Of a stretch of DNA of 64,000 nt, positions 47,433 to 61,000 are shown piece by piece (positions within the stretch are counted from its first letter, which is position 1; each line of letters begins with the position of its first letter). The translations under genes were made by a program, and so were the position numbers. The DNA is from Camelus dromedarius (taxonomy: Eukaryota). The notes beneath the pieces were generated by a model that saw only the letters and a program-made list of their open reading frames with translations, ran no database searches and was not told the origin of the DNA. Location of the stretch: assembly GCF_036321535.1 (NCBI RefSeq), contig NC_087436.1:118112001-118176000 (forward strand). Direction: 5' to 3'.

Positions 47433-48054
47433 ATCAACATTTTCAGTATCCCCGCTTCCTGGCTGCTCCTCCACAGAGCTGCCGTACTTCTTAGAAACAG
47501 TAACACGGTCAGTAGTCGATGGCGGTTATGGCTGGGAGAGATCACACAATTCTCTAGTCCTGGAGCTGATAACTGAGTCACTGCCTCTCAGTGGTGGCGG
47601 CTGGTGGCCTGGCGAGGAAGAGCACCGGCAGATGGAGGGGCCGGCAAGTGGAGGGCTTGGTAATTGAGATGACTGAGGATGAGTCATGCACATGAGAGTG
47701 GAGGGGAGCAGCTGTGGAGGGGGATGTGGAAGGCCCATTTGTGGAGTGTTTGCATAAGCCCAGATCTGTTTCTGCGGAAACGAGACAGCATCCGCCAGAA
47801 CTATCCTGCGCCCACGAGGACAGGCACACGTACGGGTAGGAGCCTGAGCCACGGGTCAGGGAGAGCGTGGGGCTGGGGGCTGGGCTCCCTTCTCTCTGCT
47901 TCCACGAATTCTTCTGCTCTTTTCTCTGTAATTCCCTTTATTTTATTCTTTTCATGCTGGCTACTACGTGGGTCAAGGTGCCATTGTAGACTCAATCCCT
48001 TCTTGACCCACTTAATTCTGAACTGCTTTAGATATTTCTGGTTTTCAGTCTTGG

Positions 48055-48259
48055 TGGGGTTGGCACATTATGGCTCATGGACCAAATCTGGCATGCCTCC
48101 TGTTTTTGTAAATAAAGTTTTATTGGAACACAGCCTTGCTCATTTCTTTGGGGATCAGGTCTGGCTGTAGTCACATGACAAGGCAGAGTAATTGTAGCAG
48201 GGTTGTATGGCCCTTAGTGCCTAAAATATTTACCCCACAGCACCTGTCCTGACCCCTGT
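48055..48259. mobile_element. MER58A hAT-Charlie MITE
   Basis: gggttggca..ggaccaaatctggc..tgtttttgtaaataaagttttattggaacacagcc..gcctaaaatattta..tgacccctg. Confidence 0.85.
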
Positions 48260-50579
48260 CATCCCCCACTGTGTCTCCATCTTCTCCAACTTCCTAGAGG
48301 ATTAAAACCTCTTTTGATTTGCCCCAGATTGATCTTGCCACTTATCCCAGCCCAAGCTAGTGGGAGTAGACCCTGGAGGGGAAATAGGCTTGTATTTTTC
48401 TAGCCATGTGACTAACAGCCATGTGGAATTTGACATACGTTTGTTGTCCTTTATCTGGATACTTCCTTTCATCCTTTTCCTTTTTCTCCTGCCCACCTCC
48501 TACTTTCTAATTCCCAATTCTTTTAATGTACATTTATTAAAAAAGAGAACATTATTTGAGTTGCTGTTATGTTACAAGCACTGCTGTATTGGTCAGGATG
48601 GGCTAAGTTATGCTGCAGTAACAAACAGCCCCCCAATTCTCAAGGGCTTAAAACAGCAAAAGTCTGTCTGTTGTTCATGCTGTATGCAGTACATCCAGCC
48701 TGTAGGAAGGAGAACCGGATATTGCTGAGTAGAATGAATGATAATCAAACACTGGTGATACAGAGAGAAGTAAGAACAAACCACTATGTGTTCTCTGGAG
48801 AACTGGGTCTCGTATATGATTTATTGAGTTCTTACTGTATACACAACACTGTGTAGTTTTTATGACAGTTGATCTTCACACCAGTCATGAGAAATTTTCC
48901 CACTTACAGGTTAGAAAACTGAGTCCCAGCAAGACTAACTGACTTCATTAAAGTCACTCAGCTGGTAGGATTTGCAGGCATGATTCTGGCTTCAGAATAG
49001 GAGCTCTGTCCACGATGCTCCAAGGGCTCCCAGCCTCCCTGCTCTAGCTCTGGCTTTGGATTCCTGTCTGTGACTTCCAGCCACTGGTCACTGACGTGGG
49101 GCAGGAGAACTCACTGATCACCTGGTGGTGGGTAGGGAAGAGATGAGAGAGACTAATCCCAGCTTGATTCACCCAGATCAGTCCCATCTGGTAAATACGA
49201 TTGCTGCGTCCAATGTCTGATAACTTATCATAATGCCTCACAAGCAACCTTCATTAAACTCCATCTTCAGAAACCACTTCCTTCCCTCTGTGAGCTTCAT
49301 TCATGACTCCTGATTGCCTTTCGGAAAAAGCCCAAATGTCTTTGTTTGATTTTCAAAGTTCTGCCCAGCTGGGCGCCCATCCTCCTCACGGCCCCTCCTC
49401 CTTATTCAGCGAGCTCCATCTTTCTCCCAGCTTCCACCCTCCAGTGTTTCTGTAGACGCAGAGGTTGAGGACAGAGAGGATGCAAATCTGGACTTAAGAC
49501 ATTGACGGTAAGATGGATGGAGGGAGGAGAGAGAGATTGGGAGACTGTGTATCTGGAAGTGAAGTTTACCTTGCTTGACTGGGGCAATCAACAGTCAAAA
49601 TTCTAAAGACAGTGAGGGGAGTAACAGTGCGCAAGAGAATCGGCTCATGACATTGCTTTACCCCACCCATTCCTGTGTTCAGGGAGGCAGGGACCAGCCT
49701 TTTCTAACTCTTTGTCTCTCGTATTTTTGACTTTTTAGAGAACCGACTGCCGGACACGTAGTTGACCATGCACTCGGTACCTAGCTGGTAACCTGAACTG
49801 AACTAATGATGATGACATAATAATCATGGTAGCCTCAGTTTATCCTGAACACTTACCATATGCTCGTCTCGATGCTGTATTCCTCATCTACATTATCTTA
49901 CCTGATTATCCTAAACCCCTAGGAAGCATTTACAATACCCTCTCCTACAGAGGAGAAAATAGTTAGAAACTTTAAAGACTCGTCCAAAGTTGCAAAGCTG
50001 AAAAGAAAATAGAATCAAGATGTGCTCCCTTGCCCCCAGCTGTCTGCCTCCAAAATCCAGACCATTTCATCAATGCCATTACTTCTCCAAGGACAATATG
50101 TTTCAAGTTGCCGACACAAGGAATTTTGGTCAATTTTGTGAATTTTTAGAGGCTGACTGCCTGGTTTGGATGTAACAGCACAATTCCTAGAAGACTTAAA
50201 TTATGCATCATCGAAGCACTTCCATTGGAAAGTGAAAATGTCAGACACACACCCACAGCTCAGCACATATGTAATCTCGCAGCCATCTCCTTGAAAAGAG
50301 CACCTTGTTACAAAGGCGTAATGTCGCAGACTGACTCTCCAGCCTACGTATGCAAATGCATGTTCTCCAAGTGCATCTGAGGAAAGGAATGGAGTCTGGT
50401 CAGGACCAATAGTTTGAAGGCTGAGGCATCCCCTCCTCCATAGCTCCAGACATGTGGCACCAACACAAGGGGCCAATTCTGCACTGTAGCTCAGTACAGA
50501 TGAATCTGGGGCGGCCCTTGGATCACTCTGCAATGAGCCATTTCCTTCTTTTTAGGAAGATGGGTGCCTCTGGGCTTTT

Positions 50580-51150
50580 CAAGTCATCTGACCATCCTGG
50601 GCCTCAGTTTACTCATCTATTAAATGGATGTAATAATTGTACTGCTTCCTTGGGTTGTTGCAGAGGTTAGGTAAATTAATACATGAGGTGCTCAGGGCAG
50701 TGAGCCAGCACTCAGTGAATATTAGTTGTTTATTATCATTGTCATTGTCACAGTGCAATAAGTTCACTATGAGCTGATCACTGACTTAGGAGTCAGGCAG
50801 CCTGCAGATCAAATGTCCACTTGATCACATATTAACTGTGTAGCCTCAGGCAAATCTTTCAGGCTCCCTGGACCTCTGTTTCTTCAATCAGGGTATGTTT
50901 AGCCAGTACTTACAAAGTGTTAGGTACATGGCTAAGCACTTTCCATATGTCTGTCAGGTCCCAGCAAGACCAGGGGATAGGTTACAGACTGAGATTCAGA
51001 GAAATTAAGCAAACTGCCCAATGTCACACAGCCAGTGGGTGGTGGAGCCAGGTTTAAGCCCAGGTCTCTCTGCTTTCAAAGCCTGTGCTCTTAACCACCT
51101 CGCTAAGCCACAGGGGTTGGATTCCCTACCTCATAGGGTTCTTGGGAGGT
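50580..51150. mobile_element. Cluster of MIR SINE fragments in both orientations
   Basis: ctgggcctcagtttactcatctattaaatgg; gactgagattcagagaaattaagcaaactgcccaatgtcacacagc. Confidence 0.7.
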
Positions 51151-52360
51151 CTAAACAGAATCTGAAATGTCGGCAGTTCCAGGGGCTAGAATGAAGTGGG
51201 GGTACAAACATGGCAGTAGAAGTACTTTGTCGTTATGGTTACAGGACAAGTGCAAAATAGCTGCTTTTCTCCTCCTCTTCCCCTTCCTCCTCCCCCTTCT
51301 CCTCCTCCCCTCCTCTTCATCTTCATCGAGGCTTTCCCTAGGATGCCCTGACCCATCACCCACACCTTGCCTCTCACCTTGCCCCACCTCGTGCCTGCAT
51401 GATACCTGGGCCCGTGGTCTCCAGCCTTCTTGTCCTTGTCTGTGCTGTTCCTTCTGCTCCACCCATCTCTGCACGTTCAAACCTCAGCCAGTCATCAAAA
51501 TGACAAATCCTACCTTTTCCGCGGAGGCTTTTCTTGCCCTCGCCTCAGACTAAGCCTGCAGTGTTGCTCTTCTGCATCCGTGGAGGTGTGTGTTATATGC
51601 ACTCGACTCGTGGTTTACTGGCTTGTCAGTCTTTCCCTTGTTAGACTTCAGACTCCGTGAAGGCAGAGACCCCGTGTGGAGTTCACTATCACATGCGCAG
51701 CCTTGCAGGAGCCACTGGCGGGCATTCAGCAGCAGATAAATGGGCCTCATCAACAGTGGGGTGACAGGAAGAACTACCTCCCCTCCAGTGACAGCTCAGA
51801 CCACAGGAGGTCGGTCACCAGGAGGGCCCAGGGAGGAGCTGGGGGCCATGTGTCCGTTGGCTGATGGGATTCAGGCAGGAGAGGGAGGGAGATGGAGATT
51901 GACAGCTGTGATTGCCTGGGGGACGTTTGTTTTTTTTGTTTAGAGAAGGGGATACTGACAGATATGGAGCACCTCCTACAGGCCAGGCTTCCTTTATGTG
52001 AACTCACTCACTCTGCATGTTGACCCCATGAATTAGGCATCGGTCCCTCCCAGAGAGAAATAAACAAAAACAAACCAACAGTCTTGTTTCACAGTGTAAA
52101 AGGCAAATCTGTTCATTTGAAAAGTAAACAAACTTGCATCTTAAACTGTGAATCAGAACAAACAAGTGGCCAGTCTCTCCGATTTTGTTTTTAGTTCAGT
52201 GAAGGGAGCTTTTGAAGTTCATTATATCAACCATTTATTTGAAATCTGCCATATTATTTCATTCTTGTGACAACCTGGGGAGTTAACATTACTCTCCCCT
52301 TTTACCAAGGAGGAAACTGAAGCTGAGGGCATAATGATCATCCATTCAACATCCTTGCAA

Positions 52361-52512
52361 CGGGGGAGATTATAGCTCAGTGGTAGAGCATGTGCCTAGC
52401 ACGCACGAGGTCCTGGGCTCAATCCCCACTACCTCCATTAAAATAAATAAATAAATAAGCTTAATTACCGCCCCCCCCCCAAATTCTTAGAGCTCTCCTG
52501 TTATAAAAAAAA
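52361..52512 (+). mobile_element. tRNA-Ala-derived SINE (vic-1-like)
   Basis: ggggagattatagctcagtggtagagcatgtgcctagcacgcacgaggtcctgggctcaatcccc, then (AAAT)n and ttaattaccgccccc; degenerate flanks atccttgcaac / atcctcacaac. Confidence 0.9.
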
Positions 52513-52636
52513 TCCTCACAACAAATGATTGTTTACCTGCTGTGTGCCACATACAGTAATACATTGATTCTGTTGAAAGACCGTATTTACCTCTAGTCTC
52601 CATTACTGTAATTGCACATCAGGCGGTGTTCTGGCA

Positions 52637-52966
52637 GGTTGTAGACTGAATGTTTGTATCCCCCCAAATTCACATATTGAAACCTTACCCCCAGTGTGAT
52701 GGTGTTTGGAGGTGAGGTCTTTAGGAGGTGATAAATGAGATCTGTGCTTTATACAAGAGACCCCAGAGAGCTCCCTCGCCCCTTGCCATGTGAGGACACA
52801 GCAGGGAGACGGTCTGTGAACCAGGAAGCAGACGCTTACCAGACGCTGAGTCTGTTGGGAGCTTGAGCTCAGACTTTCAGTCTCTAGAACTGAGAGAAAT
52901 AAAAGTTTGTAGTTTAAGCCCCCAATCTGTGGTGTTTTGTTATAGCAGCCGGAGCTGACTAAGACA
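52637..52966 (+). mobile_element. MLT1A0-like solo LTR
   Basis: gactgaatgtttgtatcccccaaattcacatattgaaacc..gagaccccagagagctccctcgcccct..gcagccggagctgactaagaca. Confidence 0.88.
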
Positions 52967-52971
52967 TAGTA

Positions 52972-53364
52972 TTTTATTTTGTGTTTTTAATTTTATTTTT
53001 AAAATTAAAAAAAAAAGTTATTGAAGTGTAATTGACTTACAATGTTGTGTTAGTTTCAGGTACACAGCAAAATGATTCAGTTATACATATGTGTGTACAT
53101 ATGTGTATACTTTTTCATTATAGGTTATTACAAACTATTGAATATACTATACAGTACTACACAGTAGGTCCTTGTTGTTTATCTTTTTTGTAGGTAGTAG
53201 TTTGTATCTGTTAATCCCAGACTCCTAATTTATCCCTCCCCCTCCTTCCACTTTTGGTAACCACAATTTGTTTTCTATGTCTGTGAGTCTGTTTTTATTT
53301 TGTAAATAAGTTCATTTTTTAGATTCTGCATATAAGTGATATCATGCCATAATTGTCTTTCTCT
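52972..53364 (-). mobile_element. LINE-1 3' end with 12-bp TSD
   Basis: TSD taagacatagta at 52960-52971 and 53365-53376; L1 3'UTR text between. Confidence 0.9.
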
Positions 53365-54959
53365 TAAGACATAGTAAATTATACAGGTCATCATTTTTAA
53401 TCCTCACAGTTAGAAGGGAAGTGGAGGGGGTTAGTGTTCACAGTTAACAAATGGAAAAACTGAAGCACAAGATTCAGAAGAACTTGTCTGAAATAATGCA
53501 GCTTCCAGTGGCAGGGTCCAGTCGTGGGCAGCCCGGGTTATATGGCCAAGTAACGCTCAGATGTGACACCTCACAAACAGCTGTCCCTTCCCCACAGCCT
53601 GTGGCCTAGCTATCAGCTTAATAAAGAGCTCTCAGGACACACTTATGATTTTCTGCTGGACAGTGACTGTGTGGACCCTGAAGGGTATAGAAGATGTGGG
53701 TGACCCTCAGCCCCCCAGGGTCCCTCTGAAGCAGCCACCCAGTGGTTGCTTAATCGAAGTTAGCTGGCTTCCCTGGAGTCAGAATGCCCTCAACGTGCTG
53801 CGATTCAGTCCCAAGGTTCCAATTTTGTTATTTTAGCAAAGGCCACAAGGCGATCTCCCCTGCATTTGTCACTGTCCCTTAAAACATGATATAACTGGGA
53901 GTTGCTGTGGTGGGCCGAGGGTAGGATGACATTCTATGCACATTGCATTTGGACATAAATGTCGTATTTGCACTAGGGTGGGGCTGCTGGCTGTAAGGGT
54001 GAAATGTGCATGTGTGATGAGCAGACCTACAGGAGGTCTTCGCGAGTGAGAGGAAGGCAGCTTCGGTGACCCAGGCAGAGACAAATTGACCGCTGCAGGC
54101 AGAAGGCCGTCTTGTGCTCTTTAGAGCCAGTGTTTGTCCTCTTTGCACTTTCTTATCTCGTTTCTGCAAAATTTATTCCCTCCATCCTCCTGCTCTGAAT
54201 GTCACTCACTTGTTTAAAACGCATATACATGTATCTATACGAATGTCCCCTTTATATTATTGGTAATATGTAATAAACATATATACATATATATTTGAAA
54301 AGCCATTGTGAATTAGCACCGCTGTCTTCAAGACCCTTCATATCCACTATTTCTTTTCACTCTGATTACTTCTAGGGCCCGTGCTTGGTCCCCTCTCGTC
54401 CTCCGCCTCCCCCATTCCGTACGGCAGCAGCCCCCGTTGGCTCTGACAGCTTATTAGTCCTCCACTCCTGTCCCCAGGCCACCTTCATGTCTGTCCTGGG
54501 TTTGGTGAAAGTCAACTAATGATCTTTCAGCTTTCATCTCTGCTGCTACAGTCTGTTCTCCGTAGAGCCACCGGGAGGAACTTAAGAAACAACTGAAGTC
54601 AGGTCATGTCATACTTGTTCAAAACCATCCAGAATAAAATCCAAGTTCTTTTCTGTTGGGAGTTGAGTCTAAGAAATAATGGCATTCCCTCTCTTTTACA
54701 CGCCCTAGCTTGGAACCAACTGAGAAATGATCCCAGAAGTGTGTCTGGCGAAGATGCGGGTATCATGTTTATTACTGATAAAGAGGTGGTGGAGGAACAG
54801 AGCCCTGGTCTCCTTAACGAGTGGGCTTCAGTACTGCCCCCTTTAAGTGAACTTTCTCCCCCTTTATAGAAGCCTGTCTCATTAAAATCACAAGTGTGGT
54901 CTTCTCAGGGAAGCCTTCTCTGTCTCTTGTTTCAGGCTGCCACTCTCCCATCTATAAGC

Positions 54960-55830
54960 ATGCCATGTGCTCATTTTTAATAAGATTGTCTATTTCCTTA
55001 TTGATTTTGGGGGGGTGGTATATATATATATGTTGAATATCTTACAATTTGTAGCTTATATTTACATGTTATGATGACTTCTGGTAAAATGGTCTTAGTC
55101 TTTTTTTTTTTTTTTTTTTTTGAGAAGCCCAAGTTTATCCTACTATGAGCTTTTAGAGATATTAGAAGACATACATGCTGTCACACACTTGGTCAGTTTC
55201 CAGCCCTGTGGTCTCCACCCAGCTGAAGCTTCAAGCAGTATGCCACTGGGTAAGCATGGTTTCATTACTGAAAGAGTGAGCAGTATGCTCCAATTACATA
55301 TCTATTACAATGTGTGATTTTCTTGCTCTAGATTCTTCTTTTATCTAAACTTATCTTAAGGAATAGGCATATATAGGCTATTAAATTAAATGACCAATCT
55401 CCAATCTTTCCTTTGTAAAGTTAATGTATTTTATGTCTGCTTTGAAAACTCTTTTCCTATCTCCAGGTCCTAATGAGATTTCCCCATATTTTCTTCTAGT
55501 GGTTTAAGTTTGGCTTTTCACATTTCATTCTTAAATCCCAGAGGTTTCTATGTATGGTGTGAGGTGTTGACTTTTGTATGCGGTGATATCTGGGTCCAGT
55601 TTTATTTTGCTCCTTATTGAGAACCCACTATTGTAGCATCACTACTGTAGCCCTGCAGGGATAGAGTTACCCCCCTTTCTCTGATGACCCGCAGAGTCAT
55701 ATATCATTTTCTTATACCTGCGGGTTTGTTTCTGCCTTGTCTTTCTGTTCCAATGGTCTGTTTGTCCAACCCTGCACCACAGTCACACTGTATATATTGT
55801 GACAACCTGATAATAATACGAGAAAATTAA
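54960..55830 (-). mobile_element. Old LINE-1 (L1M-type) ORF2 remnants
   Basis: ctcatttttaataagattgtc..atattttcttctagtggtt..tatgtatggtgtgagg..ctttctgttccaatggtctgtttgtc..accacagtcacactg. Confidence 0.65.
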
Positions 55831-57358
55831 GAAGAAATTTTAAATCTCTTATGATACTATCAATTAAAGACTATCTGTCTCAATTTGACATTTTCCTTTA
55901 GTCTTTTGCCTAAGCCTATCTTTATATGTTCAGGAGAGACTGTGTGTGTATACAGATAAGAAATCTCATTTTTCCTTAACACCATTTTTGTTTTTCCTTA
56001 ATATCTGTAACCCTTAAAGATTTAAATTTTCATTGCTTCCTTATAAGGAAGAAATTTTCATTTTTTTCTTATATTTTGATGCATATTGGTAAATGCTCCA
56101 AATTTGTTTTTATTATGAGAGAGGTATGAACAAAGTGTTAAAATTTTAAGAGGGAAAAAACATTTCATCTTGGGAGAAATCAAGAAAGATATTGTGTCTC
56201 TAAACTACCCTCTTGATAGTTCTTTTTTTGTTGATGAATGAACTGTAACAATATATGGAAAGAGTTAGATCATCCATTCAAAACTGTGACACAAAGACAT
56301 CTGGGAATGATGGATGCATGAAAAGTCTAACCATCATTTTTCAGGTCCTTTAGACAGAAGCAAGACATTTATTACATGGGATCATCATTGAACTATTTAT
56401 TTCGGGAACAATGACACAAATATACATGGAATCCTTTCCCTTCTGTGGTGTCAATCAAGAGCCTTCCAGAGTGAAGAACTGTGGAGAACATAGGCTGTTA
56501 ATAACTAAGTTCTAACTCAAATGGGAGCCATCCTGCAGTCTGTATGGGAAATGGTGTGATGCAATTTCTAAATAGGGAGTTGGTGTGTTGATTGTTGTTG
56601 GGAGGTGTTTAAAGATGTTAGTCACTTCAATCAGATTTACATCTTTCTCTAATTTGACTGCAGGACTTCCGACACCATTTCCTCTCCAAATGATTATCTA
56701 TTCAGTCAGCTTCAATTAAGAGACCGTGTGTAAATGCAGAGCAACTTTCACAGGGAACGCGTTCCTTTTGATTTCCAAAAGAGGCAGCTTCTCCCGTTCA
56801 GGTCTCCTGGAAATGGGCTGCCTTTGTTCTGTCAGACAGCTTCCCGTTTGGATTTAATTTTTTTTTTTTAAATTTAGAGCCATTTATAAAATCCTCATTG
56901 CTTGGCTTCTCCTGGAGTGGGGTAGAGGACTGTTTATGGGTTTTGCTATATTTATTCAACATTAGATGCTGTTTTAACCTAAGCCTCTCCAAGCTTCATT
57001 ACACAACTTCAATTGCGCAATTGTGGTGTCTGCGAGAGCCTTAGAGATGAATGGGAACGTAACAGCTAGTCTTACCTGACTCAGGAATCTCTCTGCCAGC
57101 ATGAAAGTCAACACTTTTTGAGTGGTAACTCTAAGCCTGAAAATGGGCCTGCATGGTTAGGTTCCTGCTATGCCTGGCTCACTTTCTCAAGTGCTTTCTG
57201 TTACAGAACTCTCCCAGTGACGAGAAATCCCTTCAGTCCCTTATTCGAAACCAGCCTGCAAAGAATATCCACCCATTGGTTCTAGTCTTGCACTTTGTGG
57301 TGGCGCAGTGTTAATTTTGTCTTGCTTATTAGAGTGTGAGCGCCTTAGTGTTAAAGAC

Positions 57359-57543
57359 CAGCGGTTCTCAAACTCCAGTGCACATGAGAATCACCTGGAG
57401 AGCCTGCTGAAGCTCAGGCTTCCAGCCCTACCTTGGAGTTTCTGATTCTGTAGGTCTGAGCTGGGGCCAGAGAATTTGCATTTCTATCACATCTCCAGGA
57501 GATCTCATGCTGCTGGTCTGGGACCACACTTGGAGAACTTCTG
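57359..57543. mobile_element. MER5A hAT-Charlie MITE
   Basis: TIRs cagcggttctcaaa / ttggagaacttctg; internal agaatcacctggagag and agaatttgcatttcta; degenerate 8-bp TSD ttaaagac / cgaaagac. Confidence 0.88.
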
Positions 57544-57559
57544 CGAAAGACCAATAGCA

Positions 57560-58070
57560 TCCCTTGATCTAAGTGCTAGGCATTCTGTTATCTGCCAAGG
57601 ATAAATGAATAAAATAATGAGTGAATAAGTGAATAAAATAGGCACAGCCTTTACCCTCAGGGAACTTCTGGTCCAGCGGAAGTTGCTGAAAACATGAGTT
57701 ATGACAGGGAAAGGTTGGGAACTCGGAGAATATAAAGGGGGGACCTCATCCAGTTAATGGGTCAGAGTCGGGGAGGACTCCTTGCAGAGGTCATTTTTGA
57801 GCTGTGAGCTGAAATATAGATTGCAGAAGAAGGAAGATGGAGCAGTGAGGAAGAGTCAGTCCATGAGAGGGCACAGGTAGGGCAAAGATGAACAGCACAG
57901 TCCATATGAGATTCAGAGAGTCAGCCAGTGTGGTGGACGGGCTGGAGGAGTTGGAGATGCTTTCTGAACTAGCTTAAAACATTTTGTTTTCATCCCAAGG
58001 TCGATAAGAAACCATTAAAACCCCATGGGGTTTTAAACCAGGTGCAGTGGGTGTGAAGTTTGTTTTGTTA
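57560..58070 (-). mobile_element. LINE-2 fragment
   Basis: aagtgctaggcattctgtta..gcctttaccctcagggaacttctggtc..gaggtcatttttgagctg..ggttttaaaccagg. Confidence 0.55.
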
Positions 58071-61000
58071 ATACAATTTACTAGTTTTTTAATAAAATTA
58101 ATTACAAATAACTACTCAATTTTTTGTAAAATTGATTTACTAATTTATAAAATTGAGCCTTACTTGGCTCTGTTTCCAGTGCCTGACATTGTAGACGCTG
58201 GGGGATGCTTACATGCTCTTTGCTTTGTGCATAGTGAGTGCTCCAGGTGGTGGATGGGCATGTACATGTGTGCGTATGTGTGTGTGTACACATGTGTTGA
58301 ACACATGTGTTGAACACTACAGCTTTTTAGGACATCTCTGTGTATGTGTGTGTACCCCAGTGACACTGGAAATAAATAGCTTAGGCACAGCAAACCCAGC
58401 TTATACAGTAGCATAAAACTGCCAACGCTTGGCTTCCTTGAGGCTGACTGCATGGCCCTGTGAATAATGCCGTGGCACTGGCCCCCTTAAGCAGACAGTA
58501 ATTTAAATTATAGATTAAATTGGTTTGGAGGAGGCACACTTTTGCATTCTTTGACTTAAAGGCAAGATTATGATTGATTGATCTAATTTAAGGTTCATAA
58601 AAAAACCTCTGATCTACAGAACTGAAATATTTTCAATTCTCCCTTGCCAGTAGGTCATTCTGCATTCTAGGAGAAACGGGTGGGAGCTGCGAAGGTGAAG
58701 GGGGTGGGAAGCTGGTGGGAAAGTGGCATTGATCACGGATTTTGCTGCCATTGGAGCGATGATGGAGGAGCGCTAGTCCATTTCTACCTCCTGAGTGTGT
58801 TTTGAAGAGTGATGGAACTTGGAAGGAGGAAACGTGCAAAGAAGCTCAGGGCACTAGATAACATATGGCTTCAATTACAGGACTTAGTCCTGGTACTTAA
58901 GGGGAGTTTCTGAGGGCAGGACAGATATCATAGTGATAGAGTGTGGCATCTGAGAGCCATCTGACTGATTGTTCTAATAATTGGGGGAAAATAAGATCTC
59001 AGCTCTGATTGGACTTGTCCCTTAATGATAGTATCTGTACTTGGGGAAGGGCATTTGTCATAGTCCCCAAATCTAGAGGAAAGATGATTCGAGGAGTTCA
59101 ACTTCAGCAAGGAACAAGAGTGTCAGCATCAGTTAGGTTAGGTTTGAATGCTGACTATTGGCTTATTGAGCAAATTAGTCTGCTGAACTACAGTCTTCTC
59201 ATCTGAGAAACAGAGATAGTACTACCAGCCTCACAGGACCATAAGACACAGTGAGATTTATGTCTCTAAGAAGGTCTCAGGCCTTCTAAGGACTCCTCTT
59301 AAGTGGAAGCTGTTGTGATCGCTGTTACTATTGGCGTTGTTATTGTTTCCCATGTGATGTATCCGTAGGTCTGGTGCCTCGTTATCAGCCTTTCAGGGCT
59401 CTATAAACGGCTTAAATCTTTGCTACTGTTATTCAGGACCCAGCCCTGGGAGTCACAGAGAGACACTTCTGCTGCATTGCTGGTTAACACAAGCCACTGA
59501 CCAGTACAGACTCAAAGGAAGTAATAAGTAGATTACACGTTTTGATGGGAGCAGTGGCAAAGATTTTGGTATCTACCTCTATTCCACCATGCTGATTTGT
59601 ATGTTTAAAAGTTCATTCTGACTTCTGTGGGGAAGATAGATTGTGAGAAAGCAAACAGCTTATTTAGGAGGCTTTTGTGGTGGCCCAGGAAAGAGATAAA
59701 AGTGTCTTGGATTAAGCTTGTAATAAATAAATGGAAAGTAGATGGATTTGAGATACGTTTTGAGTGTAGAGCCAGATAATGGATTGTGTCTCGAGGGTAA
59801 GAACTACAAAGGACAGCCTAGAGGATGTGAGGGGTCGTTGACAGTTGAGAGTTTCAAAGAGAAGCTGGGATTAACCTCAGAATCCTCACTCGGTATGGCT
59901 TCAGGAACCATCAGAACAAAGGCGCCCTCTGGGAACTGTCCAGGGTCCTGAAGCATCACTCAGTTGTTCATCCATCCAAAGACCTCTGGCTTTGGCACGG
60001 CTATAAGCATTGGGAGTATAAAGACCTGTAGGACAGGGTTCCAGCTCTCGATGAGCACACAGTCCTTTTGTGATGATTAACAAGGATGCAAGAAATCCCA
60101 GGACAGGGTGATGAGTGCTAAGATAGAAAGGCCAAGTCAGCCTGTTGAGGTCAGATAAGGCTTTCTGGTGAAGCTGATCTCTGAGCTGAATACTGAACAG
60201 TGAGTGACAGGTTGCAGGTTAGTGTGAGGCTACGAGAAGGCATTTCATGCATAAACAGATTACAGTAACAGAAACATAAAATGCAAAATGTTAAACAACT
60301 AGAGTTGCAGCTAGGCTAAAAAGGCAGGGAGTAGATCACCGAAAACATCACGTTCTAGGCTTAGGAATTTGGATTTCATCTGGAGGCAGTGGAGGAGACA
60401 CGGGGTTTTAAGGAGGGAGTGGGGGCAGAAAATGATTTATACTTTGGCTAGATTTCTGTGTGGCATTGAATGGAGACAGAGCGGAGACAGAGAAGCAAGT
60501 GAAGTCTCTGTTGCAGTAATCAACTAAAACAGTGGCAGTGGAGAACCATTTCTGCCCTCTCCTCTTTATCAAGTTGACACCTCAAATAGGAATTTCTACT
60601 AAAAAATCCCCAGTCCATCGTTCAAGAAAATTACTAGAGAATAAGCTGTTGTCACTTCTTCATGCTTCTCGTAACTTTATTGGATTTCTGAGTGATTGGA
60701 TATATAACATCACTTTCACCTCCTTTCTCTATGGAAAATAATTGGCGTATTGAAGGTGAGTGTTCCTCTGAGGGTGCCTGGCCCTCTGTGCCTCAGGGAT
60801 GTCCTGCTTAGGAGTAGCTCACGTCCTTCTATTTGTTACTTCCTGCATCCACTAGGATGGTGGGTTAAGGATCTGCTCTATAGATCCAACTCTTGAGGTT
60901 CCAGCACCTGATGTTGGAAGGAGGTAGGAGATGTTGTCTCTGATTTCACCAGTAGAATAAGCTGTATTCTTCACCCAACTTTACAGCAATAAAATGCATC

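Noticed and set aside
59262..59293. Imperfect hairpin gtctctaagaaggtct..aggccttctaagggac as a pre-miRNA
   Set aside because: The stem is only about 14 bp, far shorter than a Drosha substrate.
59918..59937. CTCF-like motif (reverse complement ttcccagagggcgcc)
   Set aside because: The 5' part of the core mismatches the consensus, and it cannot be supported without PWM scoring or ChIP.
60745..60760. Strong donor-like AAG|GTGAGT as an extra exon
   Set aside because: I found no convincing upstream acceptor or kinase-coding frame; such motifs occur by chance in long introns.
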